A stretch of 64,000 nucleotides of DNA, taken from NCBI GenBank assembly GCA_043228905.1, contig JBHGNT010000016.1:2232001-2296000 (forward strand), read 5' to 3'. The stretch comes from Azolla caroliniana. Taxonomy: Eukaryota > Plantae > Polypodiophyta. Positions 1 to 11,133 of the stretch are shown here, in pieces (positions within the stretch are counted from its first letter, which is position 1; the number at the start of each line of letters is the position of its first letter). The translations under genes and the position numbers were made by a program. Below the pieces are notes generated by a model. It had not been told where the DNA came from. It did not search any database and was given only the letters and a program-made list of their open reading frames with translations.

Positions 1-260
1 TTCATCCATCCTTGTGCTTTGCTTTCCGTTGTTGCTGTTTTTTGCCTTTGCTTTTTGCTTTTTTCGCTTCGCGTCTATTTTGGTTTGCCTGCTTGTTTTT
101 GAAAGATTCTGCATTTTTCCCGCTCTTTGATCTTCTTCCTTCACTCTGAACAGAAATTGGAAGAGATCCTCTCTTGTTTCCCCTGCGCAGATCCCTCAAA
201 AATGGAACTCGACAGGTATGCTCCTCTGTGCTAAGACATCTGTGCTGTTTTGTGTTTGAT

Positions 261-700
261 CAGTTTCCACACAGAAATTCTTGGCCCTTAGGTTTTGGGG
301 AGCATTTGATTTTACACAGATTTTGACCCTAATGTTTTTAGCCCATTTCATTTTACACAAAATTTTGCCTAGGATTCTGATTTTTAACAGAATTATCGTT
401 CCAGGTTTTAAAACCGTGTGACTGGATACATATTTTGCACTGGGGTTGAAACGGTTTTATTTTCACATTGAAAATTTTCCCAGGGTTTATAAAGATTTGA
501 TTTTACATAGTATTTTGCTTTAGGATTCGGGGCACATTTGATTCTGCAAAGTTTTTTGCCCCAGTTTTTGGTGTCCATTTGATTGTACACAAGAATTTGC
601 TCTAGGTTCTGGAACCTTTATGGTTTTATTCACAAAAAATTTCCCTAGGGTTTGATCCCAATCGATTTTACATTAAAATTTGGCAAATTAGGGTTTCAAC
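261..700. repeat. Degenerate ~40-bp tandem repeat (~11 units) in the 5'UTR intron
   Basis: Recurring units resembling CATTTGATTTTACACAGAATTTTGCCCTAGGGTTTT, e.g. agcatttgattttacacagattttgaccctaatgtttt, gcccatttcattttacacaaaattttgcctaggattct, gtccatttgattgtacacaagaatttgctctaggttct. Confidence 0.7.
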
Positions 701-808
701 CACATTGGGTTCCATGATGATATGATGTGGCTTTTGGGAACTTTGATAAAAAACTTTTTCAGATGAGTATGAATTCATGATATTTTCTACCCTAAGATTA
801 TTCAAGAC

Positions 809-3800
809 ATGGTTACACCTAATCCCTCTTCAGTGGAGGATTTCTCTAATTCTAGAGATGATGTAAATAAAGCTAATCCTCCTATGGAGGATAAATCTTC
901 CTTTGCTATGGATGATGACAGTTCAAAAGAAGAAGAAGATGATGAGGATGAGGATGGGGATGAAGATATAGAAGAAGAAGAGGAAGATGATGATGATGAT
1001 GATGACAATGATGACGATGACAATGATGAAGAAGAAGAAGTAGTAGAAGAAGTGGTAGAAGAAGAAGAAGAAATGGAAGGAGACGAAGAAGAGGAAGAGG
1101 AGGAAGAAGAAGAAGAAGAAGATGAAGAAGTAGAAGAAGTAGTAGTAGTGGAAGAAGAAGAAGAGGAAGAAGAAGAAGCAGAAGAAGAGGAAGACGAAGA
1201 CATAGAAGAAGTAGAAGCACAAGAACAAGAACAAGAACAACAAGATCAAGAACAAGAGCAAGAGAAAGAGCAAGAGAAAGAGAAAGAGAAAGATAAAGAG
1301 AAAGAGCAAGAGCAAGACCAAAAACAAGAACATGAGCAAGAGCAAGAGCAAGAACAAGGGCAAGACCAAAAACAAGATTATGTACAAGCTCAGGCACAGG
1401 CACAAGAATACGAACACGAACATGCACAAGCACATGAACAATCACAAGTTCATGAACAAACACAAGATCAGGAACAAGCACAAGCACAAGCACAAGCACA
1501 AGCACAAGCACAAGAACAAGCTCATGAGCAAGCACAAGCTCAGGAACAAGCACAAGCTCAGGAACAAGCACAAGCACAGGAACAAGCACAAACACAAACA
1601 CAAGAACAGGCACACACACAAGCACAAGCACAAGTACAACAACAAGAAATAGAAGAGCACGGTCTACATCAACAGGGAGAATTTATATCAGCAGATAACA
1701 ATCCGTCAACAACTGCTAATAAAGAAGCAAATGAGCTTAGACTACAGAAAGAGTCACATGACCATCAAGGCAAGGTTGTGATTCCGCTACATGACTTTGT
1801 AGATTTAGCTGAAAGACAAGTGTCATTTGAACGACCTAAAAAGCGATTGCGGACAACAAGGATTCAACCACATGCATCTCATGTGGATTCAGCTATGAAG
1901 CATGTAGCAGATATTGTCTTAATCCTATCAGGGCTTGGGCTTATAAGGGCTGGTCAAAAGACAACGGATATAGAAAGGAAGCTTCAAGCTGAAGCTTATG
2001 GACACTTAGGTTTCTTGGTACAGAGATTTGCACCAAAGGATCTTATCTTACCGAAATCCATTGAGAGTCTTGTCGAAGACCTGGCTCTAAGGAGACCTGA
2101 AGGACAGGAAGTGAAGACATTCTCACAAATTCTCGAGCGTTTTCAGCCACCTCCAATTCAGACAGTTGTGGTATGTAGTATTCCCATGATTATTTCATCA
2201 TCATTTCCATATAATTAGAAATCACAACCCCCAGACCCTGACATGACTTCTGGCATCAACCCACATGAATGCCTCAAAGAACTACCCTTGATGGCGAAAA
2301 TCCTGATTAGAAGAGCCCTTAATTTTCTGGCATCTGCATTAAACCCTAATGTCAGAATCCTAATATATAGAAACAACCCAATTTTGACATAAACGGAAGA
2401 TAAGAATTCAGTGTTGACACATGCATGATAGAAATGCAGAAAGAGGTTTTTAGTTTTGGATAAGGAAAAAATAGTCATATGTTTTTCTGTATCATAGATA
2501 GATTAATTTATCATGAGTGATGCTAAATGTTTATAAGTTACGGTTTAGTGGCTCCTTCGAAATAAGCTGACCAAGTCTACACATCAAATCTATGGAAACT
2601 CGGTTTCTTGCTACTTTATGAGTAAATTGTGACCGTGAATATCAAAACTACTCTATGATCAAAATTTAGACCCAGAATATCAAACACTGTATATGGAAAG
2701 GTCACATGAATAACTTCAATGAACCTGGATTAGGAATAAAAAGCCCAATTTGAGGAGGCAATGGATATGTGCTTGATTAATTGCATAGAAACTCATTAAA
2801 CTGATAAAAACTTAACTTTCCACCCATCTAGTGGTAAGCTTGAGCTAAAAGATTGTAACCACAGATTATTTATTGTGTAAAAGGCAGGTATTTCATAGAG
2901 TTATGCGGATAAATAATAGTGCATGCCAACTATTGCTTTATAAATGCTGAATTCGTTTCTGCTATTGTTTTTCAGGCTGAGGCACCAAAGAGCTTTGATA
3001 GAAAGGAGCCACTCCAAAAAGCACCAACGCCAGGTAGGGGAGTTTGTGAAAGTTTTGGTGTCTTTCATAGTAGTTGTTTGGCTTAACAAATAACAATCCT
3101 TGGTAATGGTGGTGAACTGCTCCTTCTCTGATTTGACTTTGCTGGATCCTCTTGAGCTTCTTTGATGGTCTAGCTATTTTTGAATGAAATGAGATATTGA
3201 GTTGAGAGCCCAGATGGTTGTAGCTTACTCTTAGTTGCTAAGGTTGTCTGGTAGACACCAGAAGATCGTGTGTTCAAACCCCACATTCCCTAGTGCAAGC
3301 GTTAAATCCATTGTAAATCATAAGTATTACCTACAGCCTTAATTTATTCCCCAAGTATAAAGAACATTCATTCTCTTATGAATATGTTAAGGATTTATTT
3401 ATTGCTGCTATCTTTCTTCTTGTTTTCTTCTGCGTTATCTGTGTCCATAAACTTCCATTCAGCTTCTTTTGGGCTGGTCTATAAGAGTTTTTGCTTTGAT
3501 TATTAAAATGATAATGATCTTGGCTCTCTATAGGTATCAGCAATGAATTGCAACCTACAAAAACTGTGCTGCCAGTTGACATGGATAAACTCCCTGCAAA
3601 ACCTGCTCCACAAGAAGCCCAGTTATCTTTTGAAGCGAGATTGTCTCCAACATGGCCTACTGTTAAACCAGATGAAGGAAACCAACAAGTTCAACCAGAG
3701 GTAGTGGATTCACAGAGGCAACTTATGCAAACCATACAAGAGTTAGTGAGCACTCGATTTCCTCCCGATCTCAAAGTTCAAGCAGCCTATCCGAAATTAT

Positions 3801-5437
3801 TCATGAATATTCCGGTGCCTTGTGAATTTTGCAAGATGATTATCAGAGAGACAGCCAATGTATTGTCATGTGATGCTTGTGAAAAGGTCTTCCATTTAAG
3901 GTGCTTACAGAACCACTTGCTGAAGGGCATTCCAAAAGGTGATTGGTATTGTCCAAAATGTGTTGCAATCCCTATGAGCAATCAAGAAAAGCGCAAATAT
4001 GGACGAGTGAAACCGGGATTCTCTTTTATCGATGCAAATGCCGGAACAAATGCTGCTACTCTTCCGAGAGTTCATGTCCAAACTCCAGCAAAGGCTGATA
4101 ATTCACAAAAACCAGGTGGCTCATCAAACATAGGTATTGAGACAAATTCCCAGAACAATACTAATGCCATCGAGGTCAGGAGTGTAACAGATGGTGCTGC
4201 TGAAAAGTCGTCCTCAAAGCTCGTTAAGACTACGATAAATGGTAGTCTGACTGACAATGTTGTTTCTCAAGTGATGACTAGTCAGCCTCCTACGGTACTA
4301 CAGATCCCAAAGTCACATTCAAAAGGAAAGAAAAGTAAGGAATCCAATGCACTTCATTTGCCAAATAAAGTTGCTGAAACTGGGAATGAGGCATCTTCTC
4401 AACGAGAACGAGATGATCCAAACCGCCTTGTTAAAGACACAGAGCGTTTGCAAATAGAGTGGATTGGTGATGAGTTGCAAAAGCACAATGGCAAGATCTT
4501 CTATGCCAGTTGCAAAGTGGGGGGTATCTTATATCGCTTGCAAGATTGTGCCTTGTTCCGTCCTGAGACCCCGAATGTGCCTCCTTACATTGCCAGGCTT
4601 CAGGTAATAATTTATATTACCTGAGATCTACACAGAAGTAAAACATTATAACATCTTGTATGTTGTATATGGTATATTTGTCTTTTCTTTTTTGAGGTGC
4701 ATGTAATATCTATGGGAATTTATTAGGCTTTATGGGAGGATACAAATACTGGATCAAAGTGGGTCAGGGTGAATTGGTGCTACTATCCTGCGGACTTAGC
4801 AATGATTGCCAGTCGCCCTCTGAATCCCGAGGGTCATGAGGTGAAAATTTTGAAGGCAAAAACATGAAAATACCCCTAGCTTGACAGGTATTTACCTGAA
4901 CACTCCTAAAATTTTAAAAATGATCAGAATCAATTCCCCCTATTAGTGTAAATGTTTTAAACTGGGGTATTCTGGTCATCTTTGAAAAATGGGGGTATTC
5001 TGGTAATATATGCCAAGTTGGGGGTATTTTTTGGTTTTTCCCTCATTTTTGAAACTTGGTTTTGCTTTTCAGAATGTATATCAAGACTTTCTTTGACTTC
5101 CCGAAATCTTAATACCTATTTTTTCAACGCAAACAGGTATATGAATCCAATCATGGTGATAATAACCTGGTGGGGACAATTCAAGGGCAGTGTCTTGTCC
5201 TAAGGCCAGAAAGCTACGGAAAGGAAATGCAACGGCGTCAAGAGCTTATAAAGAGTGGCAATATGAGTGAAGCCCTTATTCCTATTTTTTTATGCAGGTG
5301 TGAGCATTGCTTATGTGAAAAATCTAAAAGATATTCTTGTCTCTATTAAGAAAAGAAGATTCTAAATCATCTGTTTATGTAGGTGGTTCTATGATGCTCC
5401 TACGTCGACCTTCAAACCGGCAACTGAGGGTTCATAG
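809..5437 (+). CDS. PHD-finger + BAH-domain chromatin protein with acidic and Q/E/A-rich low-complexity N-terminus (6 exons, ~939 aa)
   Basis: Exons 809-2170, 2976-3033, 3534-4603, 4727-4840, 5137-5297, 5383-5437; all GT..AG, phases consistent, total 2820 nt ending in TAG. PHD motif CEFC..CDACEKVFHLRC..WYCPKC. C-terminal BAH-like segment DCALFRPETPNVPPYIARLQALWED..WVRVNWCYYP..EVYESNH..IQGQCLVL..FLCRWFYD. Probable 5'UTR intron at 216-762. Confidence 0.88.
911..1650 (+). repeat. Coding low-complexity repeats (GAA/GAT runs, then CAAGAA/CAAGCA hexamers and 18-bp QEQAQA units)
   Basis: Directly visible; encodes a poly-D/E tract followed by (QE)n and (QA)n. Confidence 0.95.
3221..3290 (+). mobile_element. 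tRNA-like SINE unit (A-box/B-box) in intron 2
   Basis: tagcttactcttagttgctaagg...gtgttcaaaccccacattcc, similar to the units at 21700, 23833 and 48679. Confidence 0.5.
4852..5044. mobile_element. Foldback MITE with ~78-bp imperfect TIRs (Mutator-like) in intron 4
   Basis: Left end gaaggcaaaaacatgaaaatacccctagcttgac..gatcagaat matches the reverse complement of the right end attctggtcat..ggggtattttttggtttttccctc. No clean TSD. Confidence 0.7.
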
Positions 5438-7196
5438 AGCGAAGGAAAATTGCCTCAAAATTCGCAAATGTATTATTCTTGATATTAGGGATCACATAGG
5501 GTACCCGATGAATCGTTTGCTTCTAAGTGTGAAAATGTATTCTTGTTCATTGACTTTCCCTTTTTATGTGTCACCTGTATCTCTCGTAAGGATCAAATTG
5601 TTTACTTGCTTGTGAAGAACTCAGAAAATGCATTCTTTTCAGAAATTTTACATTATTCTTAGAGTACCCTTTATCTTGATGCTAGATATTAGTAAGTCGA
5701 AACATTCAATTTGTTGGTGTAATGCACATGTAAAGAGGGTATTTTTATATGCGCAATATTCTTTACTGATTTTCTTCATAAAAATGGAAAGTGTGCTACA
5801 TTGCGTGAAGTGGTAGATAAAAGGCAGAATGCTATCAGATACTTTTGTTGTTGGACCCATTTGTCAATTGAAGTTTTGAGAGAATTTTTTGGGTTAGGAC
5901 AAGAACAACTTGGCTCTGACTTAAACGAGGAACTAGGCTCATATAAAGAGAGTGAACGATATGTCATGGTATTGGATGTATTACAAGTTCTCAGTTACAA
6001 TGAATTTGGAATGAGTGGGAGCTTCATGAGATATTGTGGCTTGATGATCACCTTATTAATTTAAAGACATGCACAACTATGGTGTATTTATCATAACCAC
6101 TTCAGTGATATAATAAATAAATACAAATGCGGGGGAAATGTTTTATAGTGATATTGGAAAGAGGCCACATAACCCAGATCCTAAAATAGCCATAAGACTT
6201 GTTTGAGTCTTCAACATTACTTTCATGGGGATATAGTTGATTAAGGCACATAACCTTCAGCATTGGAGTCAACATGCCATGGATTGATATATTTGTTGAT
6301 GGACAATATGTTTGGAAGCCAGATTATTTTTGTTTTTGACATTTGGATTCATATGGCTCAGTACATGGATGTTTTTTCACTTTTTGGCTTTGCAACCTTA
6401 CTTGAGTACGTTGTGACCTACTACTTTGGAGCTTCCAAACTGGAAAGGCACGTGCTTTAGTCACTAACCTTATAAACTTGCCTACCTCCTTGAGAAAATT
6501 TCTTGGAGGTGTCAATTAATCAAACACTTGCTAGAAGGTGACAATAGCCAACATACATGAAGGGTAACGAGTAGTTCTAGACTTTGTTACAATACTCCTT
6601 AAACTAGGTTCAAAAGGTGGTTTAGTAAGTGGGCAAAATCTAGTATGGATAATTGAGGTTGATGTTGAACCTATATCTATCCAAACATCATCCAAGAAAA
6701 TATGTTGGTTAGTTAGGACCAATGAGGTCGGTTTTTCACAACCTAATAGAGTTAATATGTGGCATATTGACTTCCGAAGCCTAGACATTTGCCAAAAATA
6801 ACATTAGGCAAACATGGTGTTAGAGTTGGGATTCTCAATGTGTGAGGAAGCAAACGTTGATCATGAGATGGGAGAGACATATATAACGCTTAATCTGAAC
6901 ATGGCGATGTGCCAATGTTAGAGTTAGCAAGGTTTTCCATCGGAAATAGTTGTTTACATACATAAGGGATGGTTTCCAAAGAGGGAAAGAATACATACCC
7001 CATACTGTATGCATACCCCTTTTGTAACCCAAATCTATTATTATCTGTTTAAACTTTATGTACAAACAGGTCCTGTGCAGTGCTCTGTTTCTTCGAGGTC
7101 ACTCTTTCTTTCCCTTTCCATTGCAAATGTCGACATAGTTTTCCCGTATACTGATGGAGAATCAAGGTAATAACGTCTTTTGATCTGTGGAGAACA

Positions 7197-8690
7197 ATGT
7201 TATTCATGAGCTATAAGATATGGATTGGTGCAACAGGGGTAATTCTTCTAGCAATATTCATCAATCTTATAGCATATAATGGACGCTTTTGCAAAGAAAA
7301 TTCGGAAGAATCATCTCTCTGCAAAGCTTATCACGTTATAGCTTTCTACAGATTAGCATGGAGGATGGAATCGATGGAATTCATAGTGAGAAAGATACAA
7401 CTGTTTTTGGAAAAAAGGCCACATTTAGTAGTTACGCCATGGAAGGAAAACATGTTTTCACATCATCTTTTGTGGATGGCACCCTTTCTATCAGGTGGAG
7501 GATACTGCTCTGAAGCTTTATCATTCATTTTAGGGTTAGCAACATGTGGAACTGTACCGTATTTATCCATACAACCACATGGAGATATGGCAAGTGAAGT
7601 TTTTTGGGAAGGCTTACCTTTAAGCACAAAAAGGGTTCTTATAGAGAAAGCATATAAACAAGAGTTGGTTCTAAATGATACTGTTGTGATATGTCACAGT
7701 GAACCTGGTGCTTGGTATCCTCCTCTTTATGAAACATTTCCCTGTCCACCTTCTGGCTATGGTGATGCAATGTATGTGATCGGAAGAACTATGTTTGAAA
7801 CAGATAGACTAAGCTCAGAGCATGTGAAAAGATGCAACAAGATGGATGAGATTTGGGTTCCAAGTGCATTCAATGTAGAAACTTTTGCAAAGAGCGGTGT
7901 GGATCCCTCAAAACTTGTTAGAATCAGCCAGTCTGTTGATGTATTATTCTTTGATCCAAAGAAAGTCCGGAAAGCGTTTGTGTTGCCAAGTATTGGTCAT
8001 GTATTTGGACCAAAAACCTCATCATCCAAGAATGCCTATGTTTTCCTCAGTATATTCAAATGGGAGAGTCGGAAGGGCTGGGATCTCTTAATCCAAGCTT
8101 ACATGGAAGAATTCTCAGCTAAAGACAATGTTTTATTGTTCATTCAAACTAATGCATATCATAGTGAGAAAACCTATGATGACGAGATACGAGGCTATGT
8201 GAAGAAGATAGGCATGGCTGAGCCTGTACATGGGTGGCCATCCATATACGTGAGTGATGAACATGTACCACAATCAGCTCTCCCGAGTTTATACAAAGCA
8301 GCAAATGCATTTGTTTTGCCATCTCGAGGAGAAGGATGGGGAAGACCACATGTAGAAGCTATGGCGATGGCATTGCCTATCATAGCCACAAACTGGTCGG
8401 GTATGACTGAGTATATGAATGAAGAAAATAGCTACCCTTTGCATGTGGAAAACCTGGTTGAGATTGAAGAGGGTCCGTTTAAAGGCCATTTTTGGGCACA
8501 TCCATCGGTAAAACATCTTAGGTATCTTATGCGGCATGTGTATACACGTCCTTTAGAAGCAAAAGCCAAGGGTTTGCTTGCTAGGAAAACTATGGTGGAT
8601 AGATTCTCTCCGGAGGTTCTTACACAAGAGATAGTGCAACATCTCATGAGGATTGCAAGGAAGAAAACAATTGCAAAGGAGTCTAGATAA
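7197..8690 (+). CDS. GT-B fold glycosyltransferase family 4 (Glycos_transf_1) with N-terminal membrane anchor, intronless
   Basis: 497-aa ORF. Hydrophobic segment IWIGATGVILLAIFINLIAY, GGGYCSEA, IGRTMFETD, FLSIFKWESRKGWDLL and the GT4 motif FVLPSRGEGWGRPHVEAMAMALPIIATNWSG. Confidence 0.92.
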   Translation: MLFMSYKIWIGATGVILLAIFINLIAYNGRFCKENSEESSLCKAYHVIAFYRLAWRMESMEFIVRKIQLFLEKRPHLVVTPWKENMFSHHLLWMAPFLSGGGYCSEALSFILGLATCGTVPYLSIQPHGDMASEVFWEGLPLSTKRVLIEKAYKQELVLNDTVVICHSEPGAWYPPLYETFPCPPSGYGDAMYVIGRTMFETDRLSSEHVKRCNKMDEIWVPSAFNVETFAKSGVDPSKLVRISQSVDVLFFDPKKVRKAFVLPSIGHVFGPKTSSSKNAYVFLSIFKWESRKGWDLLIQAYMEEFSAKDNVLLFIQTNAYHSEKTYDDEIRGYVKKIGMAEPVHGWPSIYVSDEHVPQSALPSLYKAANAFVLPSRGEGWGRPHVEAMAMALPIIATNWSGMTEYMNEENSYPLHVENLVEIEEGPFKGHFWAHPSVKHLRYLMRHVYTRPLEAKAKGLLARKTMVDRFSPEVLTQEIVQHLMRIARKKTIAKESR

Positions 8691-9759
8691 GATTATTGTG
8701 GTCTAGTTAATGGTATACTCAATATGCACACATGTCTATGTATATGTGTGTTTATCCTTGTATATATTTGAAGGTCTGAGTGAAATACATGACTCCACAA
8801 TGCTTTCCCTGGTAGTCATCTTTCACCACTCTCTGTTTGGTGTATTCTTATTAAATGATGAAATTAATTGATGATTACCATCGCTAGCGACATAACCATT
8901 CTTGACTACTTGTTTGTGGAACACATTTTTAATGCTTGATTTCATATGGGAAACAATAACATTTATGGCATTTGATTAACGTCAGCTTTGTGCAAGAGAG
9001 GATGCATATCTATCTTTTGAATTATCGTGAATTCTCCATGGTTAAGGTTAATGCTTTTGTCTTACTTTGTTGTTGAATTTATGCAGCAACTAATATTAGG
9101 GATTAAGCATTATTACTTTGTGCAGTTTAATGTCTGAGCATTTGGAAAACCTTAGTTCAAGGGCTTGTATGTGTATATGTCGCCAGCTCACATTTGAACA
9201 TGGTTAAAGAGTACGCATTGTGCATCATGCTTTTAAAATATTTGAGTCATCCTTTTATTGTTTCAAGTGTGGTGGTACTGTTAAGGAAAACAACAAAGTT
9301 ACAATATCAAAATGACAAATCAACAAAGCTACACTTAAAAAACTTTTGAAACTAGATAGTATAAGGAAAGGTGTTAGAATTAAGTACAGCAATATAAGTT
9401 CGCAGACAAGATGGACATCCGTATAGGAGATCTATACATTGAAATCAATACAATTTGTGTTCATGATAGATTGAGCTTAAGCTTAAAGAATTGTAAGAGA
9501 AGGATTATAAAGCAAGGTAACATGAACGAAATCTATCAAGTAGCTTCATTCAAAACCTGAATTTATTGGATAAGGCAATGAGTGTTGACAGGTTTTGAAG
9601 TTCTAGATTTGGCCATGAAGTAAACAAAAATAAGTTGTTGATTGCATGAAAACAAGGGGAACTATATATAGATGAAGCTGAGCAATTAGCTATTAACTTA
9701 GTGTTTGTTTAATGAGTATATCAAACCCATTCTAGATGTCATTTGAGGCCATGGACAAA

Positions 9760-11133
9760 TTAATTACATATAGGACATTGGATAAGTCCATTCTCATTGC
9801 ATTCAGGACACCTAATCACATTTTGGGTGTTTGTTTCGACAACTTTTCGGCTACCACTACAGTTGAGGCATGGAACAAATCGAACACCACCACAACCATC
9901 ACAAGGTTGACCCTGACTTCGTTCGCGAGGCATCCCTTCCAAAAGAGGTTGAAGTTTCTCTTCCTCGTGGAGTTGAAGCACCTCTTCTGCTCCACCAATA
10001 TATCTCCCATCAATGAACAACCTCGGCACTGGCATTGGTACAGATGCTAGTGAGGATTCTTGCATCATCTCCTTGAGTTCATTTCGGAACCCTTGGTGGA
10101 GAGCAACATCTCGCTCGTCAACGTGCACAAACAAGCTTGCGAGCACACGCCGGATGGTGTTACAATCCTCAAACGTTTTCCTTATGCCCCTCAAGCTCGT
10201 TGTATACAACACAACACTCCGCTCACCACCAGGGGGGCATAACTTCATGAACTTCGCCAACGGGTCTTCTCGAGGCTTGATCTTCCTCTTGCCTTGTAAT
10301 TCAACATTGGGCTCGGGTTGAGGTGAAATACCAAATGCCTCAGTTTGAGGCTCGTGCTTAGGTACTAGAGAACTTGAACCAACATCATCATCGGCATGTC
10401 GCGATTCTAATTCAGCATTAAGTTCCCTTAGGGCGCGATCATATGCCGAGGAAGCAGGTTTTATAGCCTCGTTAATCCCGGCATGATCCCATGCCTCCGA
10501 TTCTTGTGGAGATTGCCTAAATGCTAGAGAAGGGTCGGCATCCGCGAGCTCCTTAAGGGCGAGTTCATATGATGAGGACGAAAAGCTCAATGAAGTGTCG
10601 GCGGCAGCTGAGATGATCTTTCGGCGCTGGGACGATCCCTTGGATGAATCAGCAATAGAGTTACTAGGAGCCTTCTTGATGAAAAACCTCTTCACAAAGC
10701 TACTAGGCTTGCTATGCGATTGCGGAGCGATGGGACTGGTTTCAGATGCTGAGTGGGCATTGTTGGAACCCGAAGGGGATGCCATCCGTCTCAAACCAGT
10801 GGCAGTGTGATTGTCCAACTGATCTTTATCCAAACTATGTATATACTTCCCTACATCTCTAACTTGTTCAGCCTTAGCATGAATGTGAGTTGTGGTACTT
10901 GGATGATCATTGGTATGAACAGCATGACTTGTAGCGAAGCGTTGTTGTTCTGCGTTGCTGTTGCTGCGATCCAGCTCTTGAAGAAACTTCAGCATATCAT
11001 CGGAGATGGAGGTGGAATTATAACTAGTGTACGAATCGTTGGGTTCGACAGCATAATTGTTTGGAGAAGAAGAAGGGTATGTCTTGTAGTAAGGCTCGAT
11101 TACTTGATCTGGCTTTGAAGTAGTGCAACCCAT
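9760..11133 (-). CDS. Plant glutaredoxin-like protein with C-terminal GRX domain + 4xCxxC zinc finger and N-terminal myristoylation/palmitoylation motif
   Basis: 457-aa intronless ORF starting MGCTTSK. C-terminus CPPGGERSVVLYTTSLRGIRKTFEDC..ERDV..VPRLFIDGRYIGGAEEV..CDGCGGVRFVPCLNCSGSRK..RCPECNENGLIQCPIC. Confidence 0.93.
   Translation of the reverse strand: MGCTTSKPDQVIEPYYKTYPSSSPNNYAVEPNDSYTSYNSTSISDDMLKFLQELDRSNSNAEQQRFATSHAVHTNDHPSTTTHIHAKAEQVRDVGKYIHSLDKDQLDNHTATGLRRMASPSGSNNAHSASETSPIAPQSHSKPSSFVKRFFIKKAPSNSIADSSKGSSQRRKIISAAADTSLSFSSSSYELALKELADADPSLAFRQSPQESEAWDHAGINEAIKPASSAYDRALRELNAELESRHADDDVGSSSLVPKHEPQTEAFGISPQPEPNVELQGKRKIKPREDPLAKFMKLCPPGGERSVVLYTTSLRGIRKTFEDCNTIRRVLASLFVHVDERDVALHQGFRNELKEMMQESSLASVPMPVPRLFIDGRYIGGAEEVLQLHEEEKLQPLLEGMPRERSQGQPCDGCGGVRFVPCLNCSGSRKVVETNTQNVIRCPECNENGLIQCPICN

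Noticed and set aside
261-700. Repeat array as CRISPR-like
   Set aside because: Eukaryotic intron, degenerate contiguous units, no unique spacers, no cas genes.
802-1660. Poly-Ser, poly-Leu/Phe and His/Lys ORFs overlapping the first gene
   Set aside because: Alternative-frame and antisense shadows of the GAA/CAAGCA coding repeats.
7197-8690. Intronless GT4 gene as a horizontal transfer
   Set aside because: Composition matches host genes and this GT4 type is, as I recall, widespread and intron-poor in plants; nothing in the sequence supports transfer.
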